DNA of 64,000 nt from an uncultured delta proteobacterium (GTDB lineage: Bacteria > Desulfobacterota > Syntrophia > Syntrophales > UBA2185): the NCBI GenBank assembly GCA_963695875.1, contig CAVOID010000008.1, positions 192,001 through 256,000 on the forward strand, given 5' to 3'. Position numbers and translations under genes: made by a program. The notes under the pieces are model-generated. The model had not been told where the DNA came from. It was given only the letters and a program-made list of their open reading frames with translations, and searched no databases. Position 1 is the stretch's first letter, and each line of letters begins with the position of its first letter. This document shows positions 50,877-63,416 of the stretch, one piece after another.

Positions 50877-52108
50877 TGAAATACATTATCCTGCTCGGCG
50901 ATGGCATGGCGGATTATCCATTAGAAGAACTAAAAGGGAAGACTCCGTTGGAATACGCCCATACCCCATACATGGACATGATTGCATCACAAGGTACATT
51001 AGGTATGATAGATACCATACCTGCCGGGTTTTTGCCCGGGAGTGATGTGGCCATTATGACAGTCCTCGGATATAACCCTAAACAATACTACACGGGACGG
51101 GGGCCTCTGGAAGCTGCAAGCATGGGCCTTCAACTGGGAGATAATGACGTGGCATTTCGCTGTAATCTTGTAACTCTGGCCGGAGATGAAAAATACATAA
51201 TGGAGGACTTTACAGCAGGTCATATAACTTCTCAAGAAGCAGGGATAATTATAAATGATATCAATAAGGAAATGGGAACCGCCAACTTTCAATTCTATCC
51301 CGGTGTAAGTTACAGGCACCTTTTAATATGGAGGGATGGGAAGTACCTTCTTGAAACAACCCCCCCCCATGACATTACAGGCAGGGTGATCAGTGATTAT
51401 CTGCCCCGTGGCGGCGATGGCGCGGATCAATTAAATAGTCTCATGGAACGTTCTCAGGTTATTCTAAAGGATCATCCTGTAAACCGATTGCGTCTAAAAA
51501 AGGGTAAAAAGCCGGTAAGCTCCATATGGTTGTGGGGGCAGGGAAGGGTCCCCAAATTTGAAAAACTCACTGACAAATATGCTTTACGGGGAGGAATGAT
51601 ATCTGCCGTTGATCTCTTAAATGGCATTGGTGTCTGTGCAGGCCTTAAAGTAATTACTGTTGAGGGCGCAACTGGGTATACAGATACAAATTATTCTGGA
51701 AAGGCAAGAAAGGCTTTAGATGCCTTGAAAGAAATGGATTTTATATTTGTCCATGTTGAAGCCCCGGATGAAATGGGTCATGAAGGAAATATTGAAGGCA
51801 AGATTAAGGCCATTGAAGATTTTGACAAAAAGGTCGTCGGTACCATCTTGAGCGAAATTTACAGCATAGGTCCATTCAGGCTGCTCGTTTTAAGCGATCA
51901 TCCAACACCTATCAGCATAAGGACACATGCATCGGACCCATCTCCATTTGCCGTATTATCTTCCGATAAAGATGAAAATTTGAGAAACGGTTCAACCTTT
52001 AGTGAATCTTCGGCAAAAAGCAATGGCGTGATGGTTTCTCCAGGTAATCTTCTCATAGATAGATTCATCGGGAATTGGAGGGGATTTGTTGAAGAAAAAC
52101 CACGTTAA
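50876..52108 (+). CDS. Cofactor-independent phosphoglycerate mutase (ApgM) family; candidate homoserine kinase
   Basis: GDGMAD, PGSDVA, YTGRGPLEA, HVEAPDEMGH, DHPTP; start overlaps the hom stop. Confidence 0.85.
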   Translation: MKYIILLGDGMADYPLEELKGKTPLEYAHTPYMDMIASQGTLGMIDTIPAGFLPGSDVAIMTVLGYNPKQYYTGRGPLEAASMGLQLGDNDVAFRCNLVTLAGDEKYIMEDFTAGHITSQEAGIIINDINKEMGTANFQFYPGVSYRHLLIWRDGKYLLETTPPHDITGRVISDYLPRGGDGADQLNSLMERSQVILKDHPVNRLRLKKGKKPVSSIWLWGQGRVPKFEKLTDKYALRGGMISAVDLLNGIGVCAGLKVITVEGATGYTDTNYSGKARKALDALKEMDFIFVHVEAPDEMGHEGNIEGKIKAIEDFDKKVVGTILSEIYSIGPFRLLVLSDHPTPISIRTHASDPSPFAVLSSDKDENLRNGSTFSESSAKSNGVMVSPGNLLIDRFIGNWRGFVEEKPR

Positions 52109-52505
52109 GATACGTGTCATTTACGCAGATACCGATGCCATGGGTATCGTTTATCATACCAATTACATCAAATGGTTCGAAATCGGGCGAACAGAACTCC
52201 TCAGAGGCATTGGTATAGTCTATGCGGAGATGGAATCGAAGGGATACAACCTGCCATTGACGGAGGCATACTGCCACTATTTGTTACCGGCCAAATATGA
52301 CCAGGTCATTGTTCTCGAAACGGAGCTGGAATATGTGAAAAGGGCAAGCATGAAATTTAACTACAACATTTGGGATGAAGACAAAGAGAAGATTCTCGTC
52401 GAAGGATATACCATCCATGCTTGTACAAACACCATTGGGAAAATAGTACGGGTACCGTCCTTTGTCATAGAGAAGATCAATAACCAGATGCAATTAAAAT
52501 TTTGA
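52086..52505 (+). CDS. YbgC/FadM-family acyl-CoA thioesterase
   Basis: RV.YADTDAMGIVYHTNY..WFE.GR. Confidence 0.9.
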   Translation: MLKKNHVKIRVIYADTDAMGIVYHTNYIKWFEIGRTELLRGIGIVYAEMESKGYNLPLTEAYCHYLLPAKYDQVIVLETELEYVKRASMKFNYNIWDEDKEKILVEGYTIHACTNTIGKIVRVPSFVIEKINNQMQLKF

Positions 52506-52517
52506 CAGGAAGACAAC

Positions 52518-53202
52518 ATGGCAAGAAAGATTACTAAGAAGGAAATTGAAAAGCCGGATTCATTTCAATTAGCATTAAAGAAAATAGCAACATACGTAAA
52601 AGAAAATAGATCAAAGATTTATTTAATATCCGCTATAATCACTTTAATCATTGGTATTTCATGCGGTTGGTATTTTTACAGAATGAATTACGAGAATAAT
52701 GCACATAAGCTCTATGAAAAGGCCAATCTTGTTGGTATGAAGCTTACCATGCAAGGAGGTAAACCGGATCGAAAATGTTTTTAAAATGTATAGGGATGTC
52801 ACGACGCAGTATCCGGGATCCAAAGCTGCCATGATGGTACATTATCAAATGGGGAATATGTATTACAATCTCGGCGATATTGAATCTTCGATAAAGGAAT
52901 ATACGAAATTTCTTAAAGAAGTACCTGATGGAAGCGATCTAAGAGCTCTTGCATATGTCGGATTGGGATATTGTTATGAATCGAAAAAAGACTTGAAGGA
53001 CGCCTTGGAGTCATTTGAAAAGGCTGCCAATTCAAAATCAGTTGGAAGTTTTGAAGGTATCACATACAGAAATATTGCTAGAATTTATGAAGAAATGAAT
53101 AACAAAGAAAAGGCCTTAGAATATTATAAGAAAGCACTTGATAAAACGTCTGATCCTTCCATGGAGCATCTTTTAAAAAGGAAAATATCAATCATTAGCT
53201 GA
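52518..53202 (+). CDS. Membrane-anchored TPR protein (YfgM-like); apparent +1 frameshift near 52770
   Basis: KKEIEKPD.F N-terminus, TM helix, then TPR repeats (YPGSKAA, A..GLGYCYE) in the next ORF. Confidence 0.75.
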
Positions 53203-53271
53203 AGTTGCAGGGCGAGTGCATTTTGGGACAGCTGTTATTCTCTGCAATATCTCAGGAGAATTAAAGAATAT

Positions 53272-55066
53272 ATGAAAGCATTGATGTCGGGAAATGAGAG
53301 TATTGCAAGGGGTGCTTACGAACATGGAGTTCGCTTCGCATCCGGGTATCCGGGAACACCAAGTACTGAAATTATTGAGAATATTTCAAAGTATGATGGT
53401 GTCTATGCAGAGTGGTCTCCCAATGAAAAGGTTGCCCTTGAGGTTGGTATCGGTGCAGCTTTAGCGGGTGCAAGGGCTATGGTTGTTATGAAGCATGTAG
53501 GGGTCAACGTTGCTGCTGATCCGCTCTTTACCGTAAGTTATACAGGAACAAACGGGGCGCTCGTCATTATCACTGCCGATGACCCTTCTCTGCACAGTTC
53601 ACAAAATGAACAGGATAACAGAAACTACGCCAAATTCGCAAAGATACCTATGCTTGAGCCTGCGGATAGCCAGGAAGCCAAAGATTATATAAAAATTGCG
53701 TTTGATTTAAGTGAAAAGTTTGATACTCCTGTCTTTCTGAGGACAACCACACGCGTTTCCCATTCAAAATCCATCGTAGTTTTGGAAGAACCATCAGTCA
53801 CAGAGGATCGAACTGCTATACATTTTAACACCTCAAAATACGTCATGGTCCCTATCAATGCTCGTGCGAGAAGGGTTGAAGTTGAAAAAAGACTGCAAAG
53901 ACTCAGAGAATTTGCTGAAAATTTTTCTGAAAACAAGATTGAAATGAACGATCCCGAAGTTGGCATTATTACAGCCGGGATGTCATATAATTATACTAAA
54001 GATATCTTCCCCAATTATTCTTATCTAAAACTCGGAATGGTTTATCCGATACCCTCCAAGATGGTCCGGGAATTTGCCTCGAAAGTCAAAAAACTTTACG
54101 TGGTTGAGGAGCTCGATCCATTTATAGAGGAACAGGTTGCTGTATTGGGCATTAAGGTTGTCGGCAAGGAGATCTTTCCCTGTACAAACGAATTCGATCC
54201 CGGTGTGATTGAGCAGGCTATAAAAGGTGAGAAGACTGCAACTGTCAGCTTTGCCGAACATATCAGTTCCACCGAGACCTCCGAATCTTTGTCCCGGTTG
54301 CCCTCACAGAGGTCTGTTCTATGTCCTCGGAAAACTGAAGGTCTTTGTCACAGGTGATATCGGATGCTATACTTTATCATATATGAAACCGTTGGAAGGT
54401 CTTCATTCTTGTATCTGTATGGGCGCAAGTATCGGCATGGCGCATGGTATGAGCAAGGCTTTGAAGGATAAAGGGAAGGGGAAGGTTGTTGGTGTTATCG
54501 GGGACTCTACGTTTATTCATTCGGGCATAACACCGTTGTTGAATATGGCCTATAACAAAAGTGATGCAGTCATTGTTATATGTGACAACAGGACAACTGC
54601 AATGACGGGAATGCAGGAACATCCGGCAACCGGTTACACACTACAGGGAGAAAAAACAAAAGAGCTTGATTTTACGACCCTCGCCAAGGCATTGGGGATT
54701 GATAGTGTCCGTGTAATAGATCCGTACGAGATTAAAGCAACAAGAAAAGTGATGAACGAAGAATTGTCAAAACCTGGTCCTTCAGTCGTTATATCAAGGA
54801 GATCCTGTGTATTATTCAAGCGAAATATAAATGATGTACAAAAACCGCTTGAAGTCGATAGGAATATCTGTATCGGTTGCAAATCATGTATTGATCTTGG
54901 ATGTCCACCGATCTCGTGGATAAAGTTTGAAGACATGCCAGGTGATGGGATTAAAAAGAATGTGAAAAGACAAGAGGGTATTGCATTTATTGACCGTGAC
55001 CTTTGTAATGGCTGTACAATTTGTCAGCAGGTATGCAAAGTCGGTGCGATTGTTGAGGTTGATTAA
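53272..55066 (+). CDS. iorA: Indolepyruvate/aryl-pyruvate:ferredoxin oxidoreductase alpha subunit; apparent +1 frameshift near 54250
   Basis: SGNE.IARG, GYPGTPSTE, MKHVGVNVAAD, SSQNEQD; second ORF has RPP.LCPGCPH, GDIGCY, GDSTF.HSG, TAMTG.Q and a ferredoxin domain. Confidence 0.93.
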
Positions 55067-55070
55067 TCTC

Positions 55071-55653
55071 ATGCCTGAAATTAATGATGTAAAAAGTATT
55101 CTGCTTGCAGGTGTGGGTGGCCAGGGAATACTGCGGGCTAGTGATATTTTATGTCTTGTTATGATGGAGTCCGGCCTGGATGTCAAGAAAAGCGAAGTCC
55201 ACGGCATGGCCCAGAGGGGCGGATGTGTGACCAGTCATGTTCGTTATGGATCAGAAGGTCTATTCACCGATAGCAAAGAAAGGTGATGTAGATATTCTTA
55301 TGTCATTTGAAAAATTAGAGACCCTCCGTTATCTAGATTTCATGAAGTCGGAATGTACTATTATCATTAATGAAGAAGAGCTTTACCCGCCGTCAGTAAA
55401 TCTTGGCGATGCCATTTATCCTGGTAATATTGTTGAGAGCGTAAAGAAAATCTTCAAATTTGTGAAGGTTGTCAATGCCAATAATATAGCGATAAAAGCA
55501 GGAGATATCAGGATGGAAAATATAGCGCTCCTGGGAGTTTTATCACTTTATTTGCAACTTGATATTTTCCTCTGGGAAGAGGTAATCCGTAAATCATTCC
55601 CCAAAGCCACCGAAGGAAACCTCAAAGCCTTTCATATGGGGCGGTCAGCATAA
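55071..55653 (+). CDS. iorB: Indolepyruvate oxidoreductase beta subunit; apparent +1 frameshift near 55250
   Basis: AGVGGQG, SEVHGMAQRGG.V.SHVR; continues VYSP...G..D....FE.LE..R, N...LG, NLKAF..G. Confidence 0.92.
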
Positions 55654-56006
55654 AAACAAAAGTATGTTTGTTACAAGCGCTTCAGGAGATAATCAAATTA
55701 AAAATCGGATGGATATCCGACGTTTGATAGAAATATGATCGATTTCTTTCCATTATAATTCAAATACTTCCGCCAACAATCTCATACTAAGCTTTATGTT
55801 CTGAACAGGACGTCATTGGAACTTGCTAAATAGAATATATAGTTGTATTATCATCACACATATTCGTTAAATGTCCCTGATTTGCGTACTAAGCTTGACA
55901 AAAAAGAAGAAATGCATATTGTAAAAAGGTAGTGAATTGCTTGCAAATTTTTCCTATCTTAAAAAGTGGATAGTTTTGATTAATCAACGAATTATATAGT
56001 ATTGTT

Positions 56007-56952
56007 ATGGCAGAGGATTATTACAAAATATTGGGTGTGGAAAAAAACGCGGATGCCGAGATTATAAAAAAGGCCTATAGAAAACTGGCCTTGAAGTGGC
56101 ATCCTGATAAGAACCCCAACAATAGAACAGCGGAGGAGAAGTTTAAAAAGATCAGCGAGGCTTATGCAGTTCTAAGCGATCCTAAAAAGCGCGAAGAATA
56201 TGATACATACGGCTCTGCAGATCAGTTCAGGCAGAGATACACTCAAGAGGATATTTTCAGAGGTTTCGATCTGAATGATATATTAAGAGGATTTGGCTTT
56301 GGAGAATCGGTCGGGGCAGGGACAAGAACGTTCAGAACGAACAGGGGAGGTGGTTTTTCCTTCACGCAAGGCGGTTCATTTTCCGACATTTTCGAGGGAG
56401 AGAGGACATAGATTTGCGCACCAACCCCAGAAAGGCCAGGATTTTGAATATAACCTTTCAATTACATTAGAAGAATCTGTTTTTGGAGCTGAAAAGAAAT
56501 TAGCCCTTCAAAAAGAAGCCAACGTCGAGGAAATTAGTTTTAAGGTACCGCCTGGCATCAATTCCGGAAAAAAATTGAGATTATCCGGCAAGGGGGCTCC
56601 CGGCATTGATGGAGGACCTCCGGGTGACTTATATATAAATATACACGTTCTTCCCCATCCAATTTTTGCTAGAGATGGAAATGATATATATATCGAAAAG
56701 GCAATCAACTTTACCCAGGCCGTGCTGGGAACGAGCATTGATGTTCCTACCCTTGACGGAGCGACTAAAAGAATCAAAATTCCACCGGGTACTCAGAGCA
56801 ATACAAAAATTAGAATGAAAGGTTTTGGAGTTTCAGGATTGAAGAGTACAGGTAAGGGAGATCAATTTGTGAAAATAACAGTTAATGTTCCTAAAAAGCT
56901 GACTGAGAAGCAGCTTCAGTTGGTCAATAAATTAGTTGAAGAAGGTCTATAG
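56007..56952 (+). CDS. Class B J-domain protein (DnaJ/CbpA-like, no zinc finger); apparent +1 frameshift near 56400
   Basis: [11 protein letters not shown] motif, G/F region; C-terminal DnaJ_C (KG.D, GDLY, F.R.GND). Confidence 0.88.
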
Positions 56953-57032
56953 CAATCTGGTCAATTATGATATGTCTTATAAGATATGTTATGTAAACTT
57001 ACTTGATCCTCAAATTCATTTCATTATGAAGA

Positions 57033-57755
57033 TTAGATTAATTCAACTTCTCCAACAGCGCCAAAATGTTCTCCCACAATTATCACTATACCTTTGACGC
57101 CCTCTATTTTCATTCCTCTTTCGAGAGCACATTTAATATCACTTTTATTTTTTACAATATTTCCAATAGCTGTTGCAGCTGCATCAGCCATTGTGGAAGA
57201 TTTTGACAGAACGCAAACTGCATCTGCTTTTCCAAAGCTCAATGAGTGTCCCACCGTTCCGGATGATGTACAGACACCCATTGGCATCTTGCTCAGACTT
57301 CAAGTTTAGCCTAAGATTGTAGCTTAAAGGTGAATCACCTGCAAAAATAGCAACCTTTATCTCGCTTTCGGTCTTTAAAAAAATATCACCACCATTTTCA
57401 ACGATAACATTGTGTGATAAATGAAGCAGATCATCACCCACATACTCAGCGATTGCCCCCGCAACCGAGGCCATGGGGCCTACACCGGCCGTACTGGAAG
57501 TCTTCAGCATATCCCTTACAATACGTGGAGCCAGCCGATCATCAGCGCATGGGATTTAAGGATGTTAAGAAAATCAGGATGATATTTTATATAAGACTCT
57601 ATAAATCCTCGGTATTTATGTACGGATTGAAGCGCGGCATCAGAAAGGTCTTTGTCGGAACAGATAAAAAGATCAGTTTCACGCACACTTACATGAAATG
57701 CTATAAGGCTATTATGAGATACTTTATTCCTATATGTCCTTTCGAGGTATTTCAT
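57033..57755 (-). CDS. UPF0280/ApbE-like protein split by three apparent +1 insertions
   Basis: ETDL, VGPMASVAGAIAE, ENGGDI, GVCTSSGTVGHSLSFGKADA, ADAAATA spread over three ORFs. Confidence 0.85.
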
Positions 57756-57808
57756 TATTAAATCTTAAAGTAATACTTGATATCATCGTTATGATTTAAT
57801 GAATTACA

Positions 57809-60800
57809 TCAATAATCTTTATAACTATACCGAGTAGAAGCTGCACCAAGTATTCGCTCTGCTTCTTCTTTAAGCTCATCAGTTAGTTCAAGTCTGCATT
57901 CCTTCCCGAGATAAACGATTACTTCGCTTTTACCGTTAAGAATATGGATGAACCCATCATACTTACCTTTATGATTCTTAAGCAAAATATTTAAGAGACT
58001 CGATCTCTTCAAAAGATGATTTTGAAACATCAATAAAAAAGTGCACTGTATTATAAGGTTGTTCTCCTGCATTAGCGAGGGCAGTAAGTTCAGATGCAAT
58101 AACTTTAACGCCCTCTTCACCAGCATCTATTGTACCTTTAATCAGAACTGGTTCTTCGCTATGGAGAAGACCAAAAGCACTCCTATAAATATCCGCAAAG
58201 AAAATAACTGTAACAGATCCCTTAAGATCCTCAATGGTTATATAAGCCATAATATCCTTTTTCTTCGTCGTCACTTCACGAATGTTGCTGACAACACCAG
58301 CAAAAACAACTGCTTCACGATCCTTCTTATCGTTTATGCTTGAAGTGTCTACATTAACCAAAGTGCTGAGTCTATCGGCGAATCTAAAAAGAGGATGACC
58401 TGTGATATAGAATCCGAGTGTTTCCTTCTCATAAGCAAGCAATTCCTGATGATCCCATTCGGCAACATCAGCGATAGATACTTGTTGGAAGGGATCGATA
58501 TCTTCATCGTTTTCCCTTTCCAAAGAGTCAAAGAAACTGGTCTGTCCAGCTTGACTTGTCCTTATGGCGTCTCTGAGCCGAGTCAACAATACCTTCATAG
58601 TATTCAATTAACTGCCTTCTGTGATACCCTAGTGAATCGAATGCACCGCATTTAATAAGACTTTCAGTCATCCTTTTATTAATTTTCCTCAGGTCAACAC
58701 GGTTACAGAAGTCATTAAAAGATTTGAATCTGCCTTCATTTTCTCTGACTGAAATAATCGAATCAATGGCGCCAATACCCACATTCTTAACTGCAGCGAG
58801 ACCGAAACGAATATGTTCTCCGGCAACACTAAAGTCGCTTTGTGATTCATTAATGTCAGGAGGAAGTACATTTATGCCCATATCTTTGCAACTATTGATA
58901 TATTTGATGATCTTATCCCTATTGTCCTTTTCACTTGTCAGAAGCGCTGCCATGAATTCAACCGGGTAATTGGCTTTCAGGTAAGCAGTCTGGTAGGATA
59001 TCATGGCGTAAGCAGTACTGTGAGACTTGTTAAATCCATATTCGGCAAATGTCTCCATCTGCTCCCAGATTTTTTTTGCTTTCTTTTCCGTTATATTATT
59101 ATGCCTGGCGCCATCGAGAAATTTCGGTTTTTCCTTCTCCATTTCAGAGGGTTTTTTCTTGCTCATGACCTTTCGCAGTATATCTGCTTCAGCCATGGTA
59201 TATCCGCCAATAGCACCGGCTATTTGCATTACCTGTTCCTGATAGACGATAACACCATATGTTTCCTTTAATATTTCTTTTAACTCAGGTACTTCATATA
59301 CAATCTTTGTCCTACCCTGTTTTCGTGAAATAAATTCTGGAACCATATTCATAGGACCCGGTCTGTAAAGTGCTATCAAGGCAATGATATCCTCAATGCA
59401 GTCGGGCTTCATGTTTACAAGAATATCCTTCATACCGGAACTTTCCAGCTGGAATATACCGTCCGTGTTCCCCTTCATGAGTAATTGATATGTTTTTTGA
59501 TCATTAAGGGGAATTTTATCTATATCAATTTCTTCCCCCCTGCCCTCTTTTATAAACTGCAGGGTGTTTTTAATGACTGTTAGAGTTTTTAATCCCAGAA
59601 AATCAAATTTTGTCAGCCCCACCATTTGAAGATCATTCATTGAAAACTGCGTGACAATTTCATCCTTGGGGCTTTTGCACAAGGGTACGCGCTCAACGAG
59701 AGGCACATCGGAAATGACGACACCCGCTGCATGCGTTGAGGAATGACGATTTAAACCTTCAAGAGCTCGTGAAAGAGAAAGGAGCTTTCTTACTTTTTCA
59801 CTTTTTTTCTCCTCTTCCTGAAGCCTTGGTTCGCTCTGGATGGCCATATCAAGAGAGATGTTAAGAATATTGGGAACCAGCTTTGCGATACTATCAACCT
59901 CACCATAGGATATGTTCAATGCCCTTCCTACGTCCCTGATAACTGCTTTCGCCTGCATTTTCCCGAATGTAATAATCTGTGCGACTCTATCGCTGCCGTA
60001 TTTTTCGGTTACATACCTGATAATTTCATCCCGGCCGTCCTGGCAGAAATCTATATCTATATCAGGCATGCTTATCCGCTCCGGATTCAGGAATCTTTCA
60101 AAAAAAAGTCCATAGCGTATGGGATCGATATTAGTAATGCCTATAGCATAAGCGACAAGACTTCCGGCAGCTGAACCTCTGCCTGGTCCTACAGGAATAT
60201 TTTTTTGTTTTGCGTAATTTACGAAGTCTGAAACGATTAGAAAATAGCCGGCAAATCCCATAGATTTGATAATTTCCAATTCTTCTTCAAGGCGACTCTC
60301 ATATTTATGCCGGATTCCTTCGTCCTCATTGCCCTTGATAAGAACCGGCATTAAGTTTTCCAGTCCTCGCTTAGCTAACCGCATCAAATATTCATCGAGT
60401 GTTTCATTCGTATCGATTCTAAAATTGGGAAGCGAAATATTGCCAAAATCAAAACTGAAATTGCATTTTTCCGCAATTGCAATCGTATTATCAATAGCTT
60501 CAGGAACGTCTTTAAAAATCTGCTTCATGTTATCAGGTGACCGGAAATAAAATTCATCCGTTTTGAATTTCATCCTGTCGATATCTTCGACGGTCTTTCC
60601 GGTCTGAATACACACCAGGACATCATGTGCCTCAGCATCTTCTCGATTTATATAATGGCAGTCATTAGTTGCCACAAGGGGAATAGAAAGTTCCCGACTT
60701 ATTTCAATGAGCCCTATGTTTGCAATCCTTTGCTCAGTGAGGCCGTTTTCCATGATTTCCAGATAGAAATTTCCATTGCCAAATATTTCCCTGTATTCTT

Positions 60801-61287
60801 CCGCAACCCTCTTAGCTGCCTCCCTATTTCCTTTCAGGAGAAGATTCGATATTTCTCCATGCAGGCATGCACTCATACCGATGATGCCTTCGCTATATTT
60901 CGCCAGGATTTCCTTGTCCACGCGTGGACGATAGTAAAATCCTTCAAGGTACCCTGATGTTACAAGTTTCATAAGATTCTTATAACCGTACATGTCCTTG
61001 ACAAGAACAAGCAGATGGTGAGAACTCTCTCCTATTGTATGTGTATTCTTATCAAAGCGGCTTTTGGGAGCTACATATAGTTCACAACCGATAATAGGTT
61101 TAATGCCATATTTCTGAGCGTGCTGATAGAAGTCAATGGCCCCGAAAATATTACCATGATCAGTCATGGCTACTGCAGGCATTTGGTACTCTTTTGCTTT
61201 TTTAAATAGATTATCGAGACGAATAGTTCCGTCGAGCAGGCTGTATTGTGTATGAACATGAAGGTGGACAAAATCGGCAGAGTTCAT
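57809..61287 (-). CDS. dnaE: DNA polymerase III alpha subunit; apparent frameshifts near 58550 and 57985
   Basis: FVHLHVHTQYSLLDG, GPGRGSAAGS, MPDIDIDF, KFDFLGL, YGFNKSH; E.E.LG.Y..GHP and OB fold in the next ORF; C-terminal domain in a third. Confidence 0.96.
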
Positions 61288-61290
61288 TTA

Positions 61291-61446
61291 TTGATTACCC
61301 CGTAAAAAGTCGAATATTGATTGAATAATGGACAGCCAAGTAAAAAATGTAAGTTTCAGGCACGCGAATCATTGATGAGTGAAGCGTATATAGACGTGTG
61401 CTGCAATGACAAAGGATGCTTTTGGACTTTTTTTTACAATGCCGCT
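61291..61446. repeat. Degenerate intergenic inverted-repeat element (MITE/REP-like)
   Basis: GTAAAAAGTC at 61302 and GACTTTTTTTTAC at 61425-61437 form imperfect terminal inverted repeats; a third copy GACAGCCAAGTAAAAAA lies at 61331. Confidence 0.55.
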
Positions 61447-61451
61447 TATAG

Positions 61452-62912
61452 TTAATCCAGCCAGTAGTTAGGAGCTTCTTTTGTGATAATAACATCGTGG
61501 ACATGGCTTTCGCGAAGTCCCGCTGATGTAATGCGTACAAATTTCGTATTTTCTCTTAGTTCCTTGATTGTTTTGCAACCGACATATCCCATGCCGACTT
61601 TAAGACCGCCTACAAGCTGGCTTATGCTTGCTGAAAGCGAACCCCTGAAAGGTACTCTTCCTTCTATCCCTTCAGGAACCATTTTTAAGCTACTTTCTAT
61701 ATCATCATGATAGTACCTGTCCATGCTTCCCATTTTCATTGCTTCAAGAGAACCCATTCCCCTGTATACCTTGTAGCTTCTTCCCTGGAAGAGAATCGTT
61801 TCCCCGGGGCTCTCTTCTGTTCCTGCAAAAAGACTTCCTATCATGACGGTATGTGCACCTGCTGCAAGGGCCTTAACAACATCACCTGAATATTTAATAC
61901 CTCCATCGGAGATAATTGGTATGTCGCATTTTGCTGCAACCTTGGCAGCATCTCTAATGGCGCTCATCTGCGGGACGCCAACCCCAGCGATTATCCTTGT
62001 TGTGCATATTGATCCAGGACCGACTCCTACCTTAATTGCATCCACTCCGGCATTAGTTAAAGCCTTTGCACCTTCAACTGTAGCTATATTGCCAGCGATC
62101 AACTCGCACTTTGTAAAGTTAGCCTTAGTATCTCTTATTGCATCTAAAACGCCTTTCGAATGTCCATGAGAGGTGTCTATAACAATCACGTCAACACCCG
62201 CTGCTAATAAAGCATCAATCCTCGCTTCTCTGTCAAGAATACCCACAGCTGCACCAACTCTCAGCCTGCCTAAGGAATCTTTGCATGCGCTGGGATATCT
62301 TTTTATCTTTTCTATGTCCTTGATGGTAATCATTCCTTTTAAGTTATATTCGTCATCTACGACAAGTAGTTTCTCTATCCTGTGCTTATGCAGTAGTTTC
62401 TTGGAATCTTCGAGTGTGATATTGGATGACACGGTAACAAGATTTTCTTTGGTCATCACATCGGATACCTGTTGATCAAGATTCGTTTCAAATCTGAGGT
62501 CCCGGTTTGTCAGGATTCCCACCAGTCTCCGATTTCTAACTACTGGAACGCCTGATATCCTGTATCTGTTCATAAGATCAAGGGCTTCATGAACCTTCTG
62601 TTCAGGTTCGATGGTTATCGGATCCACGATCATACCGCTCTCCGATTTTTTTACTTTATCAACCTCGACTGCTTGTTTTTCAATACTCATGTTGCGATGG
62701 ATAATCCCTATACCACCTTCCTGAGCAAGGCATATAGCAGTACGAGATTCTGTAACTGTATCCATTGCCGCACTTATAATTGGAATATTTAAGATGATGT
62801 TATTTGTCAAGAGCGTCGACGTCTCAACATCTTTGGGAAGAATATTCGATTCGCACGGTACAAGAAGAAGGTCGTCAAATGTCAATGTCTCTTTTACATG
62901 GTCGTCGAGCAT
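61452..62912 (-). CDS. guaB: IMP dehydrogenase with CBS pair
   Basis: [44 protein letters not shown]. Confidence 0.97.
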   Translation of the reverse strand: MLDDHVKETLTFDDLLLVPCESNILPKDVETSTLLTNNIILNIPIISAAMDTVTESRTAICLAQEGGIGIIHRNMSIEKQAVEVDKVKKSESGMIVDPITIEPEQKVHEALDLMNRYRISGVPVVRNRRLVGILTNRDLRFETNLDQQVSDVMTKENLVTVSSNITLEDSKKLLHKHRIEKLLVVDDEYNLKGMITIKDIEKIKRYPSACKDSLGRLRVGAAVGILDREARIDALLAAGVDVIVIDTSHGHSKGVLDAIRDTKANFTKCELIAGNIATVEGAKALTNAGVDAIKVGVGPGSICTTRIIAGVGVPQMSAIRDAAKVAAKCDIPIISDGGIKYSGDVVKALAAGAHTVMIGSLFAGTEESPGETILFQGRSYKVYRGMGSLEAMKMGSMDRYYHDDIESSLKMVPEGIEGRVPFRGSLSASISQLVGGLKVGMGYVGCKTIKELRENTKFVRITSAGLRESHVHDVIITKEAPNYWLD

Positions 62913-62940
62913 AGTGCGCCTCCGTTTCTTTTACTTTTTT

Positions 62941-63411
62941 TTATTTGACACCCCTTATATAAAAGGACTTTTCGTTCAGTAAAACTAAGTATTCATCGTT
63001 CTCAGCATCATATTCTATGAATTTCGCGATTTGATAATAGCCTGCCCTTGAAAATCGCGCAATAAACTCTTTATCCCTAATAGAACAATAAAGTACGTTG
63101 TCTTTTCCGACATATAAAGTGTTGGGATCAAGCTTCTCAAGACTTTGATCAGACAAAAGAAGATAAATACATTCTTCATTTGACGATATTGAATCAAATC
63201 TATATACTGCTTTTATTACAAATGGCGTATCCTCTACCTCAAGATAGCAACAATCGTCCTGCAATTCAATTATATATCTTCCAAATTCATCCTTTTTCAG
63301 ATTTTGATAAAAATAACAGATGATATCTTTTCTGATAATCTCTTTGCCCCTGTAATACCAGGCACCTTCTTTGTCTATCGCAATCTGACAGGGAGGGATA
63401 TCGTTCTTCAT
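62941..63411 (-). CDS. DUF1285-family protein
   Basis: IDKEG.WYY.G..I.R, VEDTPFV, ARFSR..YY. Confidence 0.7.
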   Translation of the reverse strand: MKNDIPPCQIAIDKEGAWYYRGKEIIRKDIICYFYQNLKKDEFGRYIIELQDDCCYLEVEDTPFVIKAVYRFDSISSNEECIYLLLSDQSLEKLDPNTLYVGKDNVLYCSIRDKEFIARFSRAGYYQIAKFIEYDAENDEYLVLLNEKSFYIRGVK

Positions 63412-63416
63412 TATCT

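Noticed and set aside
55654..56006. CIRCE/HrcA operator before the J-domain gene
   Set aside because: No TTAGCACTC-N9-GAGTGCTAA; only a TTGACA promoter candidate
57809..61287. Naturally split dnaE (split intein or programmed frameshift)
   Set aside because: No intein motifs at the breaks; removing one base at each site restores continuity, as in many neighbouring genes
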